Below, piece after piece: positions 15,521 through 16,910 of a DNA stretch of 16,910 nucleotides. Below the pieces are notes generated by a model, which worked only from the letters and a program-made list of their open reading frames with translations, was not told where the DNA came from and searched no databases. The DNA is from a bacterium (GTDB taxonomy: Bacteria; DUMJ01): positions 1 through 16,910 of the forward strand of contig JBMFMV010000042.1 of the NCBI GenBank assembly GCA_049970495.1, in the 5' to 3' direction. Position 1 is the first letter of the stretch; the number at the start of each line of letters is the position of its first letter. The position numbers and the translations under genes are program-made.

Positions 15521-16833
15521 ATGACGGGGAAAAGATATCGAATAGCTATTATAGGGACTGGTTTTGTTGGTTTAGCCACTGGGGCTGGATTGTCCGAGTT
15601 GGGTAATGAAGTGGTATGTGTTGATATAGATAAAGATAAGATAATCGGCTTAAATAACGGATATGTACCAATATATGAGGATGGATTATCTGAGCTTATA
15701 GAGAAGAATAGAAGACTTGGTAGAATCTTCTTTACTACAGATATAGGTTTAGCGGTAAGGTCTAGTAAAATAATCTTTATATGCGTTGGTACCCCTTCTA
15801 AAGAGGATGGAGAAGTTGATCTTTCACAAGTGATTTCAGCTGCAGAGGGCATAGGAGACTTCTTGGATAGTTACAAGATAATAGCTATTAAGAGTACTAT
15901 TCCTCTAGGGACCCTAGATGTTATAGAAGATATTCTAAAAAGGAAAGGAAAAGCCAAGGGGAAGGACTATGACTTAGCAGTAATTCCAGAATTTTTGAGA
16001 GAAGGAAGAGCAGTATATGATTTCTTCAATCCAACACGTATTATCATTGGCGCTGATAAAGAGAGTGTAGATAAGATTTTAACGGAGATATTCCTTCCTC
16101 TTGGTGCTTCTATAATACATACTACTCCTGTAACTGCTCAGATAATTAAATACGCATCTAATGCTTTCTTAGCAGCTAGGATATCTTTTATAAATGAGAT
16201 AGCAGATATATGTGATCATATTGGGGTAAATATAAGTGATGTAATAGAGGGAATGAAATATGATAAGAGAATTGGGGGAGAATATTTATCTCCGGGTATA
16301 GGATTTGGTGGACCATGTTTGATTAAGGATTTAAGTGCCTTTATAAAAATGGCTGAAAAATATGGCTACAAGGCTAAATATCTAAGTTCTATCTTAGATA
16401 AAACAATCATCAAGTTGAATATGTCCTTAATAAATTAGAAAGATTGGTACAAGGCTTTTCAGATAAGACAGTTATAGGGGTATTAGGGCTTACTTTTAAG
16501 CCAAATACAAATGATGTTAGGAACTCCCTTGCTATAGAGATCATTAGGAGGCTTAAAGAGAAAGGAGTACATATAAAGGCATACGACCCTAAAGGGCTTG
16601 AAGAGGCTAAGAAATATCTGGCTGATGTTCTATTCTATGACGATATGTATGAGGCAGTAAAAGATGTTAATGCTTTACTTATTTTGACTGCATGGGAAGA
16701 GTTTAAAGAGATCGACTTAGAAAAATTAAAATCTCTTGTGAAGAATCCTATTGTACTAGATGGAGTAAATGTTCTGGACCCTAAAAGACTCAAAGAGTAT
16801 GGCTTTATATATGAAGGGATAGGAGTAAGATAA
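15521..16833 (+). pseudogene. ugd: UDP-glucose/GDP-mannose dehydrogenase family gene split by a 1-nt frameshift near 16400-16403 (true pseudogene or sequence error)
   Basis: GTGFVG, ICVGTP, KSTIP, PEFLREG, KYASNAFLA and GFGGPC..KD lie in the first frame; GLTFKPNT.D.R.S, YDP and TAWEEF lie in the second. Adding one A joins them (LDKNNHQVEYVLNKLERLVQG). RBS AGGAG at 15509-15513 favours ATG 15521. Confidence 0.9.
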
Positions 16834-16836
16834 GAA

Positions 16837-16855
16837 CTGGGGGAATAGCCCCCAG
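16837..16855. terminator. GC hairpin between ugd and a probable convergent gene
   Basis: CTGGGGG-aatag-CCCCCAG starting 3 nt after the ugd stop; short T tracts on either strand. Confidence 0.55.
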
Positions 16856-16858
16856 CTT

Positions 16859-16909
16859 CTATCTTGCCCAACGCTCCTCTATACTTGGAAGTTTAGGGAA
16901 TTCTTGGTG
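16859..16909 (-). CDS. Possible 3' end of a convergent CDS (partial)
   Basis: Minus-strand frame open from the window edge (HQEFPKLPSIEERWAR*), stopping right at the hairpin. Too short to identify. Confidence 0.4.
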   Translation of the reverse strand, partial: HQEFPKLPSIEERWAR

Positions 16910-16910
16910 G

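Noticed and set aside
16444..16833. Independent 129-aa gene
   Set aside because: It is the C-terminal UDP-binding domain of the frameshifted ugd and has no good RBS.
10156..16871. Other short overlapping ORFs (10156-10359, 10905-11126, 11276-11488, 11312-11521, 12751-12997, 13344-13634, 14078-14269, 15493-15852, 16635-16871)
   Set aside because: They overlap well-supported genes and show no motifs or convincing RBS.

Overview
AT-rich (my estimate, not counted), gene-dense bacterial chromosome segment, with every complete gene on the + strand. It resembles a thermophilic anaerobe such as Dictyoglomus, but that is inference. There are four blocks. (1) Protein quality control: an Hsp20, an atypical Hsp100/Clp ATPase with an N-terminal C4 zinc finger and no ClpP-docking IGF loop, a small GlsB/YeaQ/YmgE membrane protein, and a canonical ClpC. 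(2) A mixed sugar/repair run: URO-D-like protein, an unannotated deleted amidohydrolase remnant, GH78 alpha-L-rhamnosidase, endonuclease V, DUF192 and a PfkB kinase. (3) A TPP-riboswitch-controlled thiamine salvage operon, thiD-surE-thiM-thiE, containing a divergent SurE phosphatase. (4) A UDP-glucose dehydrogenase split by a 1-nt frameshift. The best candidates for novelty are the SurE in the thiamine operon (possible non-HAD thiamine-monophosphate phosphatase) and the Hsp20-linked zinc-finger Clp (possible stand-alone, ClpG-like disaggregase derived from ClpC). I saw no mobile elements, CRISPR arrays, tRNAs or rRNAs. All family calls come from motif recognition; no database searches were run.
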